Positions 30,605-45,853 are shown, counted from the stretch's first letter. The stretch: DNA of 64,000 bases from Roseateles depolymerans (GCF_003387155.1 NZ_QUMT01000007.1:88912-152911); one strand, 5' to 3'. Program-made: numbers and translations. The notes: generated by a model not told the origin, from the sequence alone.

Positions 30605-30637
30605 CCCGCTGCCGTGTGTTCTGCACACGGCAGCGGG
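30605..30637 (-). terminator. Perfect 13-bp inverted repeat hairpin downstream of the deacetylase-caspase gene
   Basis: ccgctgccgtgtg-ttctg-cacacggcagcgg seen directly. Adjacent 9-bp tandem repeat (cagtggcgt x3.5) at 30647-30680. Confidence 0.4.
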
Positions 30638-30690
30638 ATCAGGGCTCAGTGGCGTCAGTGGCGTCAGTGGCGTCAGTGGCCTGACCAGCC

Positions 30691-35310
<4,620 letters not shown>

Positions 35311-35557
35311 TCGCTCCGCCCGCCTTGCCGGCGGGCCGTCTCGCCCCATCGCTGCGCGCTCCAGGCGCCACGCATTCCATCGACAGCTTGCTCCTTCCCT
35401 TGGAAGGAGTAGTGCGATGTTGCGCCCTGCACATTCGTGCCATGGGCGCAGACATGCCGACCAGATAACGTCTCCGCTTCGTCCTCACCCGCGTGCCGCG
35501 GCCTTCTGCCCAAGCGCTCGCGCGGTGGGCAAGTCAGTAATCGGATGGGAGTCCGTT

Positions 35558-35749
35558 ATGTCCGACAAGTTGATCCGAGGCACCATCGAAGCCTGGGAGT
35601 CTGGTCAGCTGGGAGCCACCCAGGCTCACGCCAAACGCGCGCCAGCCGAGCTCGAAGCACAGGTGGACGAAGCGATGGGGCTTAAGCCCATCTCAATCTG
35701 CCTGCCGCGCAGCACCATCGCCTCCTGCAAGCACATCGCAGACCCTTAA
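35558..35749 (+). CDS. Small hypothetical protein (63 aa), possibly antitoxin-like
   Basis: GGGAG Shine-Dalgarno before ATG. GC3 ~75%. MSDKLIRGTIEAWESGQLGATQAHAKRAPAELEAQVDEAMGLKPISICLPRSTIASCKHIADP. Followed by a strong terminator. Confidence 0.35.
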   Translation: MSDKLIRGTIEAWESGQLGATQAHAKRAPAELEAQVDEAMGLKPISICLPRSTIASCKHIADP

Positions 35750-35773
35750 TCTTCATGCTCCGCTGAGGACCGC

Positions 35774-35800
35774 AAGCCCGCTTCAAGCGGGCTTTTTCTT
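35774..35800 (+). terminator. Rho-independent terminator: aagcccgc-ttcaa-gcgggctt-tttctt
   Basis: 8-bp stem plus U-tract seen directly. Confidence 0.7.
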
Positions 35801-35864
35801 GACCGAGCAGGCTACCTCCAGCCACCGATGAGCAGACGTCGCGCATCGGGCCTCGCCGGAACGT

Positions 35865-35898
35865 AAAAAAGGGCGGTACCTCGGGAGAGGTACCGCCC
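35865..35898 (-). terminator. Rho-independent terminator on the minus strand downstream of the OmpW-like gene
   Basis: gggcggtacctc-ggga-gaggtaccgccc perfect 12-bp stem preceded on + by aaaaaa (U6 on minus). Confidence 0.7.
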
Positions 35899-36013
35899 AT
35901 CACCGTCCGGCATTGGGGGAGGGAGAGGAACGTCGCTCAGGAGCGTGTCCGGACGGGCTGATGCCTGGTCAGGGCATCAGAACTCAGTACTCAGTACTCA
36001 GATCAGATGGGGA

Positions 36014-36583
36014 TCAGAACTGGTAGGCCAGACCCACGCCCAGGCGGTCCACCTTCTTGTTGAAGCCATTGGCGTCCGGCATGTTGTTGTAGCGGGTGGC
36101 TTCGGCGCGCAGCGACACGTTCTTCGTCAGCGCATAGTCCACACCCACGCCCAGCTTCAGGCCGGTCTTGTCTTCGTCACCCAGGCCCGCGGAGTAGTCA
36201 CGCTGGGCGTAGGCCACACCCACCTTGCCGTAGATGCCAAAGTTGTTGCCCAGCGGCGCGCGGGCAATACCGTCCAGCGAATACACCTTGTTCTTGGCGG
36301 TCACGCCGCCGAAGTCGACCTTGCCCAGGTCGGTGTACGCGGCTTCCACGGCGAAGTTTTCGTTCAGCTTGTAGCCACCGAAGATGCTGTAGCTGTCGCT
36401 GGAACGCTTCTGGGAGTTGCCGTCGACACGCTGGCTCGCCTTACCGACGTCGCCACCGATGTAGTAGGGGGTGTCAGCAGCCATGGCCAGGCCCGAACCC
36501 AGGGTCAGCGCCACAGCGGCAGCAGCCAGCAGGCCGGCCTTCTTGCCATGGGACACGACGGTGTTCTTGTTGTTGCGGTTCAT
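36014..36583 (-). CDS. Small outer-membrane beta-barrel protein (OmpW / OmpA-like transmembrane domain family)
   Basis: Signal peptide MNRNNKNTVVSHGKKAGLLAAAAVALTLGSGLAMA, alternating amphipathic beta-strands, C-terminal ...GVGLAYQF (terminal aromatic). Confidence 0.75.
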   Translation of the reverse strand: MNRNNKNTVVSHGKKAGLLAAAAVALTLGSGLAMAADTPYYIGGDVGKASQRVDGNSQKRSSDSYSIFGGYKLNENFAVEAAYTDLGKVDFGGVTAKNKVYSLDGIARAPLGNNFGIYGKVGVAYAQRDYSAGLGDEDKTGLKLGVGVDYALTKNVSLRAEATRYNNMPDANGFNKKVDRLGVGLAYQF

Positions 36584-36861
36584 GAGGACTCTCCTTCAGA
36601 GCTGGGCGCTTGACGCGAGATGCGTCGCGGCGCCGGGGTTTCCTGTCGTTCTGCGCCTCCGGGAGATCCGGTGGGGTTCGCGTTCGACATGGACCTCATT
36701 CTGGGAACCGGGGCCCCTCCTGTCTGTGGCGCCTGTTGAGGGGGTTTGTGACGGTTGTTGACGGTGTGCGGTAGGGCGCTTTGCGAATGTTCACGCAAGC
36801 CCTGGCACCACTGCCGCCCAGCTCGGCTGACCTCAGCCTACCGGGCACGCACAGGGCCGCT

Positions 36862-36900
36862 CAGCGCCGGGCAGCGCCGGGCAGCGCCGGGCAGCGCCAG
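36862..36900. repeat. 10-bp tandem repeat cagcgccggg x3.5 upstream of the OmpW-like gene
   Basis: Seen directly. Confidence 0.6.
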
Positions 36901-36920
36901 TGAGCGCCTGTTAGCGCCAA

Positions 36921-38243
36921 TCAGGGCCCATTCACCGGCCAGTGCAGCAACAGCCGCGCCCCACCCAAGCGCGGCGCCTCGCCCAGCCGCGCCTGACCGC
37001 CATGGGCCTGCGCCACATGCCGCACGATGGACAGGCCAAGACCAAAACCGCGTGTGCCGGTGCGCGGGTTCTTGTCCAGCCGCTTGAAGGGCTCGAACGC
37101 CGCCTCCCGCAGGGCCGGTGGCACGCCGTCCCCATCGTCATCGATGGCCATCCACAACTGCTCGGCCTCGACCCATGCGGACAGATGCACCCGCGAACGC
37201 GCATGGCGCGCCGCATTGCGCAGTCCGTTGCGCAGCGCGTAGGGCACCAGCTTCGGATCGAAGGACACGAGGTCGGGCAGCCGCACCTCCATCTCCAGCA
37301 GCTTGCCGTCCATCAACGGCTCCAGGGACCGCGCCTCCTGGGTCAGCAACGCGCCCAGGTCGCCGCGGATGAAGGTCGGCTGCATGGCCCCCATGTCCAT
37401 GCGGGCTGCGGTGAGGCTCGCATCGATCAGGGTGTCCAGTTCATCGATGTCACGCTCGCAGGCCTGCACCGCTTGCTCGCGAGCCTCGCGGTCCTCTTCG
37501 TCCACCAGCGCATCGATGGCAAATCGCAGCCGCGCCAGTGGCGTGCGCAGCTCGTGCGAGATGGCGCCGGTCACCTCGCGCTGCGTGGCCATGGCCGCCG
37601 CCAGCCGCTCCAGCATGGCGCGACTGGCCACCACCACGGGTGCAAAGAGGCGGCTTTGCAGCACCGGCAATTCGGTATCGAGCCGGCCGGCACTCAGCCG
37701 CTCGGCCGCGCGCTGCAGGCCGCGCAGGTCCCGCCACAAGGGACGCAACTGCCACCACGCCAGCACCGCCACGGCCAGCGCCAGCACCACCGCCACCGCC
37801 AGTTGCGATGCGAGTTCCTTGGGCAGCTCACCGCCACGACGCGAGTCCAGCGGGCCCAGCAGCAGCAACTGGTCCGGCTCGCCCGGCATGGCGGCATAGA
37901 TCCGCCGGTTGAAGCCGGTGACGATCACCTCGCCCCGGCCCAGCTTGCGTCGCTGCTCGGCGGACAGGCGGCTCTCTTCCACGGGAATCAGGCGTACCGG
38001 ATAGTCGAACTGGGCATCCAGCTCCTTCACCCGTTCGCGACGAGCGGGCGGGTCCAGCGGCGCCAGGTCCCGCACCAGCAGGTCCACCGTGCCGCGCATG
38101 AAGCTGCGCACGTAGTTGTCGGTCACCTCCGAGGCGCCCACCAGCACCAGGCCTTCCACCAGCAGCGCCAGGGCCAGCACCGCCAGCCCCAGGCCCAGCG
38201 CAATCCGCAGCAGCGAGGCGCGCAGCGTCAGCGCAGCCATCAA
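36921..38243 (-). CDS. Two-component sensor histidine kinase (EnvZ/RstB-like)
   Basis: Two TM segments, HAMP, H-box HELRTPLARLRFAIDAL, HATPase G-boxes GFGLGLSIV. Start overlaps the response-regulator stop. Confidence 0.85.
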   Translation of the reverse strand: MMAALTLRASLLRIALGLGLAVLALALLVEGLVLVGASEVTDNYVRSFMRGTVDLLVRDLAPLDPPARRERVKELDAQFDYPVRLIPVEESRLSAEQRRKLGRGEVIVTGFNRRIYAAMPGEPDQLLLLGPLDSRRGGELPKELASQLAVAVVLALAVAVLAWWQLRPLWRDLRGLQRAAERLSAGRLDTELPVLQSRLFAPVVVASRAMLERLAAAMATQREVTGAISHELRTPLARLRFAIDALVDEEDREAREQAVQACERDIDELDTLIDASLTAARMDMGAMQPTFIRGDLGALLTQEARSLEPLMDGKLLEMEVRLPDLVSFDPKLVPYALRNGLRNAARHARSRVHLSAWVEAEQLWMAIDDDGDGVPPALREAAFEPFKRLDKNPRTGTRGFGLGLSIVRHVAQAHGGQARLGEAPRLGGARLLLHWPVNGP

Positions 38244-38935
38244 TCGATGGCGAACAGATAACCCTGCCCGCGAACCGTCTTGATGCGTGTGGGGGAATGG
38301 GCGTCGTCGCCGATCTTCTTGCGCAGGCGGGAGATGCGGGCGTCGATGGCCCGATCCAGGCCGTCGAATTCCAGGCCGCGCAGGCTTTGCATGATGTCGT
38401 CGCGGCTGACCACCTGGCCGGCGCGCTGGGCCAGGAAGGTCAGCAGTTCGTATTCGGCGGTGGTCAGGGGCACGGGCTCGCCGTTGAGCCGCAGCTCGCG
38501 GGACTGCGGCAGCAGCGTCAGGGGCCCGAAGTGCAGCGCCTCGCCGACCGGATGCGCCGCCGGTGCGGCATCGCGGCGCAGCAGCGCCTTGATGCGGGCC
38601 AGCAGCACCCGAGGGGCGACCGGCTTGGTGATGTAGTCGTCCGCGCCGCCTTCCAGGCCCAGCACCTGGTCGATGTCGTCGTCGCGAGCGGTCAGCATGA
38701 CGATGCGGCCGGTGTAGTCCCGGCGCAGGTCGCGCAGCACGTCGAAGCCGTCCTTGCCCGGCAGGTGGCCGTCCAGCAGGATCAGGTCGAAGCTCTCCTG
38801 CCGCGCCAGCGCCTCACCGGCCAGGCCATCACCGCTGATGGTCACCGCATAGGCGGATTTGCGCAGGGCATCGGCCACCAGTTGGGCCAGTCGTTCATCA
38901 TCTTCAATCAGCAATATACGGGCTACGGCATCCAT
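38240..38935 (-). CDS. OmpR-family response regulator
   Basis: From ATG 38935: MDAVARILLIEDDERLAQLV..., REC domain and winged-helix (RIKTVRGQGY). ORF-track upstream extension rejected. Confidence 0.85.
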   Translation of the reverse strand: MDAVARILLIEDDERLAQLVADALRKSAYAVTISGDGLAGEALARQESFDLILLDGHLPGKDGFDVLRDLRRDYTGRIVMLTARDDDIDQVLGLEGGADDYITKPVAPRVLLARIKALLRRDAAPAAHPVGEALHFGPLTLLPQSRELRLNGEPVPLTTAEYELLTFLAQRAGQVVSRDDIMQSLRGLEFDGLDRAIDARISRLRKKIGDDAHSPTRIKTVRGQGYLFAID

Positions 38936-39042
38936 GGCCGCAAGCATAGGCGAGCTGGCGAAACCGTGCCTGCGACGGGCGATGCGGAACGATGTGGGGG
39001 CGAGGCGGGCGACGCTGGGGGGACGTATCGGGCGCAAGCCGA

Positions 39043-39804
39043 TCAGGGCAGATGCAGCCGCCATCCCAGGGGGGTTGGCACCGCCCGCAGCCCCACATCG
39101 TCCGCCAGCGCTGCATGCTGTTGCACCAGCGCCCGGTAGGCCGCCGCGGAGAAGTCCTCCCTGCCGGTCACCCACCGGGCGGACACCTCGGGCGTGACAC
39201 AGGCGCTGAAGGTGCACAGGCGGTCTGCCCGGGTCAGCGCATCACGCCAGCGGGCCCGCAGGGCGGCAATGTCGGCCGCCGCATCCACCGGATGGTCGTC
39301 GGTCCATTCGAACACGCGGGACAGCCCTTCATGGGCCTGCGTCTGCTGCACCCCCCGGTCGTCCAGGCCGATGGCCAGCAGCACCCGGCCCGAGGCCAGG
39401 TTCTCCGGGCCGGTCGTGCCCATTACCCGGTGCATGCCCAGCACCTCGCGGCAGTAGGCGAAGGTGGCCGCCGCGGCTTCCCGGGCGTAGCCCTGCCCCC
39501 AGTGGCGGGAGAGAAACCCATAGCCGATGTCGGGGTGGTCCAGTCCATCGCGCTTGATCACGCCGCACAGTCCGAGGAACTCGCCGTCTTCCAGCCGCTC
39601 CACGGCCCAGAACCCATAGCCGAGATGCCAGTAGCGGGTCAGCAGGCGCTGCTTCAGCCAGTCCACCGCCTGCGCTTCAGTGCGGACTTCGGCGTCGTAG
39701 ATGTTGGCGATCCAGCCCGGATCGTTCAGCAGCGCCAGCACCTGCGGTGCATCCGCTTCGGCAAACCAGCGCAGGCGCAGCCGCGCCGTCCTCAAGACCT
39801 CCAT
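39043..39804 (-). CDS. GNAT family N-acetyltransferase (RimJ/RimL-like) with C-terminal extension
   Basis: [29 protein letters not shown]...[13 protein letters not shown] acetyltransferase motifs. Confidence 0.7.
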   Translation of the reverse strand: MEVLRTARLRLRWFAEADAPQVLALLNDPGWIANIYDAEVRTEAQAVDWLKQRLLTRYWHLGYGFWAVERLEDGEFLGLCGVIKRDGLDHPDIGYGFLSRHWGQGYAREAAAATFAYCREVLGMHRVMGTTGPENLASGRVLLAIGLDDRGVQQTQAHEGLSRVFEWTDDHPVDAAADIAALRARWRDALTRADRLCTFSACVTPEVSARWVTGREDFSAAAYRALVQQHAALADDVGLRAVPTPLGWRLHLP

Positions 39805-39900
39805 GCCCTCTCCCCAGGTCGATCAGCGCCCATCATCCCCGAATTCCCCGGCCGGCGCCCCGGTGGCGATCCCGACGACGGTGCAGGCACAATAGTGCCC

Positions 39901-40764
39901 ATGAACTTCCTGGACCAACTGCGCGCGGCTGAGCGCCTGAACGATTCGCTGCTGTGCGTCGGCCTGGACCCCGATCCGGCCAAGTTTCCGACCCACTGGA
40001 AGGGCGACGCGGGCCGCATCTACGACTTCTGCGCTGCCATCGTGGACGCCACCAAGGATCTGGTGAGCGCCTTCAAGCCGCAGATCGCCTACTTCGCCGC
40101 CCACCGCGCCGAAGACCAGCTGGAACAGCTGATGGCCCACATGAAGCGCACCGCGCCCCATGTGCCGGTCATCCTGGACGCCAAGCGCGGCGACATCGGC
40201 GCCACCGCCGAGCAATACGCCCGCGAAGCCTTCGAGCGTTACCAGGCCGATGCCGTCACCCTCTCGCCCTTCATGGGCCGCGACAGCATCGAACCCTACC
40301 TGCGCTACCCGGACAAGGGCGCCTTCCTGCTGTGCCGCACCTCCAACCCCGGCGGCGACGACTGGCAGATGCAGCGGCTGGCCGACCAGCCCGGCCAGCC
40401 GCGCCTCTTTGAACATCTGGCCCGCCTGGCCCAGGGCGACTGGAACCTCAACGGCCAGCTTGGCCTGGTCGTGGGCGCCACCTATCCGCAGGAAATCGAA
40501 CGGGTCCGGGCCCTGGCGCCCAGCCTGCCGCTGCTGGTGCCGGGTGTTGGCGCTCAGGGCGGCGATGCGCAGGCCACGGTGGCCGCCGGCTGGCGGGTCG
40601 CCCAGGGCGGTGGCACGGTCATCGTGAATTCGTCACGGGCGGTGCTGTATGCCTCCTCGGGCGAGGACTTCGCGGCCGCGGCCCGCCGCGTCGCGCAGGC
40701 GACGCGGGAATCGCTGCGCCCGGCCTCCCCGGTCGGCACCGCCAGCAAGGCGAGCGCCAACTAA
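39901..40764 (+). CDS. pyrF: Orotidine 5'-phosphate decarboxylase (long, type 2 form)
   Basis: [26 protein letters not shown]...[19 protein letters not shown] decarboxylase motifs. The ORF-track 5' extension from 38992 was rejected. Confidence 0.85.
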   Translation: MNFLDQLRAAERLNDSLLCVGLDPDPAKFPTHWKGDAGRIYDFCAAIVDATKDLVSAFKPQIAYFAAHRAEDQLEQLMAHMKRTAPHVPVILDAKRGDIGATAEQYAREAFERYQADAVTLSPFMGRDSIEPYLRYPDKGAFLLCRTSNPGGDDWQMQRLADQPGQPRLFEHLARLAQGDWNLNGQLGLVVGATYPQEIERVRALAPSLPLLVPGVGAQGGDAQATVAAGWRVAQGGGTVIVNSSRAVLYASSGEDFAAAARRVAQATRESLRPASPVGTASKASAN

Positions 40765-40896
40765 TTCGCGGAAACACGCAGCGCGCACACCTGAGCGTGG
40801 TTTTCGGGGTTCGGCCCCGATCCAGTTTCCTCGCGCGTCGTCGAGACTTCGTAACCGGACGTCACACGTCCGGAACAACAAAGTTGGACGACAAGG

Positions 40897-43800
40897 GTGA
40901 GCAAGGATTCCCAGGATGATCTGAGCAGTCTGGTCGGACAGGAGCTGTCGCAGGGCGACCGCCTGCCGACCGCACTGCAATGGCGCGCGGCGCGGCTGTT
41001 CATTGCCGCGTGCGTGGTGCTGTCAGCCCTGGCCGGACTGCTGCTGGCCTTCAGCATCCAGCCGGTGGAACCCTGGTCCGGCCTGCTGCCGCCCCTGGTG
41101 GCCCTGACGACCACCGGCGTGGGCCTGCTGCTGCTGTGGCGCCTGCCCCCGCAGCGGGTGCCGGCGGCCATGCTGCTGATGCTGTCGCTGACGCTGGCTG
41201 TGGCGCTGTCGGTGGCGGTGTCGCGTCACCAGGGCCTGGGGTCGCAGGCGCTGGGCGTGATGGGGCTGATGGTGGCCCTGGCCACCGCCACCATCGGCCT
41301 GGAAGCCGGCCTGACCATCTTCGGCCTGGGCGTGGCCATCCTGGGCGGGCTGGCCTCGGCCGAGCTGGGCGGCTGGCTGCTGGCCACCACGCCGGTCACC
41401 AGCCTCGAAAGCCGGCTGCTGACCCAGGGCATCCTGCTGCTCACCGGCCTGGTGGTGGGTCTGGGCACCTCGCGGCTCATCCGCCGCACCCTGCAGGAAG
41501 TCAACGACCGGCACGCGCGTTTCCGGCATCTGCTGACCATGGCGGCCGACTGGTACTGGGAGATGGATCGCCAGTACCACTTCACCCATCTGGCCGAGCG
41601 CCAGCCGGGCGCATCGGGACTCTCGCTGGGCAGCCGCCTGGGTCGCGCGCCCTGGGACATCGACAACCTGGGCCTGTCCGACGAGGACCTGGACGCCCAC
41701 CGGGCCGACCTCGAATCCCATCGCCCCTTCCGCTCCCTGATGGCCCGGCGCACCGGCGAGGACGGCAGCCCGCGCTATGTCTCCGTCAGCGGCGAACCGC
41801 GGTTCGACGCCAAGGGCAACTTCCGCGGCTACTGGGGCGTGGGCCGCGACGTGACCGACGAGGTGCAGACCGAGCAGGCCATGCTCGCCACCGAGACCCG
41901 CTACCGCGAGCTGTTCCGCCGCTCGCCATCGCCGCTGGTGCTGCACCGCTGGGGACGGGTACTGGATGCCAACCCCGCCGCCATGGCGATGTTCGGCTAC
42001 ACCCAGCGCTCCAGCATGATCGGGCAGGACCTGTTCTCCCATTACGAGCCGGGCGACGAGGAACTAGGCCGGCAGCGCGCCACCAAGATCGAATCCATGC
42101 CGGTCGGCGCCATGCTGCCGATGATGGAATTCCGGCTGCGGACGCTGTCGCGTCGGCGCCGGCTGGTGCAGGCCACCAGCGTGCGGGTGGACGCCGCCAG
42201 CGGCCCCGCCACGCTGTCCTTCTTCATCGACCAGACCGAAGCGTCGCGCGCGCAGGAAGCGCTGCGCCGCTCCGAGGCGCTGCTGTCCCACCTCTTCGCC
42301 ACCAGCCCGGACGTGGTCACGCTGACCGAGGCGGCCACCGGCCGCTATGTGATGGTCAACAAGACCTTCGAGCGGCTGACCGGCTACACCAGTGACGAGG
42401 TGCTGGGCCGCAGCACCGAGGAGATCGGCATCTGGCAGGACCCGCAGGACCGGGCCCGGCTGGTGGAGATGCTGCAGCTGCACGGCCGGCTGAACGACGT
42501 GCCGGCCAACTTCGTCACCCGCACCGGCCATGTGGTGCCGATGCTGATGTCGGCCGCGCCCTTCGTGATGGACGGCGTGACCTACTTCGTGGTGAGCTCG
42601 CGGGACGTGACCGAGTCGGAACGCACCCGGCTGGTCCATGCGGCGATTCTGGAGAACGCATCCATCGGTATTGCCCTGACACGCGACCAGCGCTTTGTGC
42701 AGGCCAACCGTCTGGCCGACGAGATGTTCGGCTGGACCTCCCTCACCCTGGTCGGCCAGCCCGACAGCGTGGTGTGGCCCAGCACCGAGGACGGCGGCAG
42801 CTTCGTGCGGGAATTCGGTCCGCGCCTGGCCGCCGGCGAGCAGGTGGAGGTGGAGCGGCTCATGCGTCGCCGTGATGGCAGCCGCTTCCTGTGCCGCATC
42901 CTGGCCCGCGCCGTCGATCCCACGCACCCCAGCCGCGGCGGCACCATCTGGATCATGGAAGACGTGACCGAGCGGCGCCGGGTCGAGGCGGCGCTGGCGC
43001 AGGCCAAGGACGAAGCCCAGGCCGCCAACCGAGCCAAGAGCGCCTTCCTGGCCAACATCAGCCACGAGATCCGCACGCCGCTCAACGGCCTGGTCGGGCT
43101 GGCCCGGCTGCTGCAGCAGTCGGACCTGGACCCGGACACCCGCAGCCACTACCTCAACCAGATGCTGGACAGCGCGGAGAGCCTGTCCGGCCTGATGTCC
43201 GACATCCTGGACCTGTCCAAGATCGAGGCGGGACGGCTGACGCTGGAGACCGTCCCCTTCGCCCTGCGCGAGATGCTCTCGACGCTGCGCATGGGCTACC
43301 TCACGCTGGCGCAGGCACGGGGCCTGACCTTCAGCGTGGCGGTGGACGAAGCGGTGCCGGCCTGGGTCTTCGGGGACCCGGTCCGCACTCGGCAGATCCT
43401 GGGCAACTACCTGAGCAATGCGCTGAAGTTCACCGACCAGGGCAGCGTCAGCGTGCGGGTGAAAAGCCTGGATGCGGGACGGCTCCGCATCGAGGTGAGC
43501 GATTCCGGCCCGGGCATCGACCTGGCCATGCAGGAGCGACTGTTCCAGCCCTTCACCCAGGCCGATGAATCCACCACCCGCCGCTACGGCGGCACGGGCC
43601 TGGGCCTGTCGATCTGCCGCGAACTGGCCGAGCTGATGGGCGGCCGCGTGGGCGTGATCAGCCGCCCCGGCGAGGGCGCCACCTTCTGGGCCGAGCTGCC
43701 GCTGCCGGCCGCACCGGCGCCGATGAGCCCGCCCCGGGAGTCGGTCCAGATGCCTGCACTGAAGGGATGCCGCGTGCTGATGGTGGAGGACAACCCGGTG

Positions 43801-44145
43801 AACATGCTGATCGCGGTGGCGATGCTGGAGCAGTGGGGGGCGGAGGTGTCCCAGGCCAGCGATGGCCGACAGGCGGTGGAGGCGGTCCATGCCGCTGCCA
43901 GCATGGGCCGGCCGTTTGATGCGGTGCTGATGGATGTGCAGATGCCGGTGATGGGCGGCCATGAAGCGACCCGCGAGCTGCGGCGGCGCTTCAATGCCCG
44001 CGAGTTGCCCATCATCGCGCTCACCGCCGCGGCCCTGACGCAGGAACGGGACGAGGCGCTGGCCGCGGGCATGAATGAGTTCCTCACCAAGCCGATCGAT
44101 GCGCAGCGCCTGCGGGAAGTGCTGGTGGGGTTGACCTGCTCCTGA
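40897..44145 (+). CDS. Hybrid sensor histidine kinase / response regulator with multiple TM helices and PAS/PAC domains
   Basis: HisKA HEIRTPLNGL, HATPase GGTGLGLSICRELAELMGG, C-terminal REC (VLMVEDNPVN...DVQMPVMGG). GTG start at 40897 is uncertain. Confidence 0.8.
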   Translation: MSKDSQDDLSSLVGQELSQGDRLPTALQWRAARLFIAACVVLSALAGLLLAFSIQPVEPWSGLLPPLVALTTTGVGLLLLWRLPPQRVPAAMLLMLSLTLAVALSVAVSRHQGLGSQALGVMGLMVALATATIGLEAGLTIFGLGVAILGGLASAELGGWLLATTPVTSLESRLLTQGILLLTGLVVGLGTSRLIRRTLQEVNDRHARFRHLLTMAADWYWEMDRQYHFTHLAERQPGASGLSLGSRLGRAPWDIDNLGLSDEDLDAHRADLESHRPFRSLMARRTGEDGSPRYVSVSGEPRFDAKGNFRGYWGVGRDVTDEVQTEQAMLATETRYRELFRRSPSPLVLHRWGRVLDANPAAMAMFGYTQRSSMIGQDLFSHYEPGDEELGRQRATKIESMPVGAMLPMMEFRLRTLSRRRRLVQATSVRVDAASGPATLSFFIDQTEASRAQEALRRSEALLSHLFATSPDVVTLTEAATGRYVMVNKTFERLTGYTSDEVLGRSTEEIGIWQDPQDRARLVEMLQLHGRLNDVPANFVTRTGHVVPMLMSAAPFVMDGVTYFVVSSRDVTESERTRLVHAAILENASIGIALTRDQRFVQANRLADEMFGWTSLTLVGQPDSVVWPSTEDGGSFVREFGPRLAAGEQVEVERLMRRRDGSRFLCRILARAVDPTHPSRGGTIWIMEDVTERRRVEAALAQAKDEAQAANRAKSAFLANISHEIRTPLNGLVGLARLLQQSDLDPDTRSHYLNQMLDSAESLSGLMSDILDLSKIEAGRLTLETVPFALREMLSTLRMGYLTLAQARGLTFSVAVDEAVPAWVFGDPVRTRQILGNYLSNALKFTDQGSVSVRVKSLDAGRLRIEVSDSGPGIDLAMQERLFQPFTQADESTTRRYGGTGLGLSICRELAELMGGRVGVISRPGEGATFWAELPLPAAPAPMSPPRESVQMPALKGCRVLMVEDNPVNMLIAVAMLEQWGAEVSQASDGRQAVEAVHAAASMGRPFDAVLMDVQMPVMGGHEATRELRRRFNARELPIIALTAAALTQERDEALAAGMNEFLTKPIDAQRLREVLVGLTCS

Positions 44146-44218
44146 GGGCGGCCGACGGGGCCCGACGCTGGCGCGGCTCCCACCGGCTCCGCACGGCCCC
44201 ACCCGGATTCGGAACCGC

Positions 44219-45850
44219 TCAGCGCAGGCTGAGACTGGCGGCCTTCCAGTCCGGTGCCTGCCAGCGCTGGAAGGCGCCGAGCAGCGAGGGGTCCGGCGCC
44301 TGGCGACGCGTCTCCAGCGAGTCCAGGTCCACCACCTCATAGCTGCGGCGGTAGCGGCCTTCGGCACGGGCTTCCCGGGCCACCAGCATCTCCTTGCCAC
44401 CCGGGGCGAATCCGGCCAGTTCTGCATAGCCGATGCCCGGCTGGGCGGCGACCGGCGGCAGCACCGTCAGACGCCAGCCCTGTGCGGTCTTGCGCAGCAG
44501 CCAGAGTTCCCGCCAGCCGTCGGTCGGCACCGACGCCAGCGCCACCGCCGTGCCTTCGCGATTGACCCGCGCCGACGAGGCGGCGACCAGACCCCATCCA
44601 CAGTGGCGCAGCAGCGTGTCTCGGCCGCCGACCGCGCTGAGGGTCAGGCAGGTCTCACCCGGTTGACCCGGCTGCACCGTCAGGCGCAGTCCCGCCAGGG
44701 TCTGTTCACCAGCCGCTGGTGGCAGCGCCAGCCAACGAGCCGCATTGCCGCGCATCACGGCCTCGTTGAAGGCGGCCTGGTCGTCATCGGCCAGGTCGGA
44801 AGGCTGGATGAGGGCAAAGGCGGACAAGGCCCGCGCTGCCGCTTCCTGAGGCACCGGGCCGGGCTGGGGCACCATCTGTGCGCTGGTCTGCGTGCTGGTC
44901 TGCGTGCTGGTCTGTGCGCTGGTCTGTGCGCTGGCCTGCTGGGCGCTCGGGGTCGGGGGCTGCGCGATGTTGGTGGCAGTCATCTGGGCCCGACGCGCGC
45001 GGACATCCGCCAGACTGCTCCACACCGCCACCTGACGCATCAGCACGCGATTCTTCCAGTAGGGCGCCAGCGCGCGCAGCTCGACCTTATCCAGCACGTC
45101 GGCACGCCACTGCTCCATGGGCTCGCGCTGGGCGGGCGTGGTGGCCGGTGCCATGCAGTCCGCCCGTGTCAGGGCGAGTGCCGCGCGGGCCTGCTGCTCG
45201 GCCGTGGCCGCCGGCATGGCCAGCACCCGGCGAAAGGCTTCGCCGTCATAACAAAGCTGCACCACGCCGGATTCCCGCTCCAGCGTGCGAAACCGGATGC
45301 CATAACGCGCCGCCACATCCAGCTGCGCGGCCACCTGCACATCGGCTGGCGACGGCGAGCCGTCCGGCCGCGGGGTGTTGCGGGACGCACGGTCGGCCAG
45401 GCGCTCCGAGAGCGTGGCCATCGCATCCAGCACCTCCACGCCAGTGGCGCCATTCATCTGCTGCGCGGTGGCGGCCTGCACATAGGCGGCCGCCAGGCCC
45501 AGGCCCAGCGATTCGGCGCCGGGCTGCTGACGCACCAGGCGCAGCGCAGCCAGCAGGGACGCCGGTTCCCCGGCGGGGCCGTCCAGCGGCAGCAGCTGGC
45601 TCTTGCGGACAAAGCCGCCGCGCTCGCGGCGGTAGTCGTAGACCTGGAAGTGGTCCATGCGTTCACCGCGGATTTCCAGCGCTTCGCCGCGCGCCAGTTG
45701 CGCCTGCACCGGCGCCGAGTCCTTGGCCGCCGCCCGCAGCGCCACGTTGTCCTGCACCACCAGGGCCGTTGCGGCCTGCGCTTGCGACGACAGCGTCAGC
45801 ACCAAAGCCCCCACCACGGCCACGCCGGCCGTCCACAGCATCGGACGCAT
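44219..45850 (-). CDS. Hypothetical secreted protein with internal (S/T)AQT repeat tract
   Basis: Signal peptide MRPMLWTAGVAVVGALVLTLSSQAQA. SAQTSAQTSTQTSTQTSAQ encoded by 12-bp tandem repeats at ~44877-44940. No known domain recognised. Confidence 0.55.
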   Translation of the reverse strand: MRPMLWTAGVAVVGALVLTLSSQAQAATALVVQDNVALRAAAKDSAPVQAQLARGEALEIRGERMDHFQVYDYRRERGGFVRKSQLLPLDGPAGEPASLLAALRLVRQQPGAESLGLGLAAAYVQAATAQQMNGATGVEVLDAMATLSERLADRASRNTPRPDGSPSPADVQVAAQLDVAARYGIRFRTLERESGVVQLCYDGEAFRRVLAMPAATAEQQARAALALTRADCMAPATTPAQREPMEQWRADVLDKVELRALAPYWKNRVLMRQVAVWSSLADVRARRAQMTATNIAQPPTPSAQQASAQTSAQTSTQTSTQTSAQMVPQPGPVPQEAAARALSAFALIQPSDLADDDQAAFNEAVMRGNAARWLALPPAAGEQTLAGLRLTVQPGQPGETCLTLSAVGGRDTLLRHCGWGLVAASSARVNREGTAVALASVPTDGWRELWLLRKTAQGWRLTVLPPVAAQPGIGYAELAGFAPGGKEMLVAREARAEGRYRRSYEVVDLDSLETRRQAPDPSLLGAFQRWQAPDWKAASLSLR

Positions 45851-45853
45851 GGC

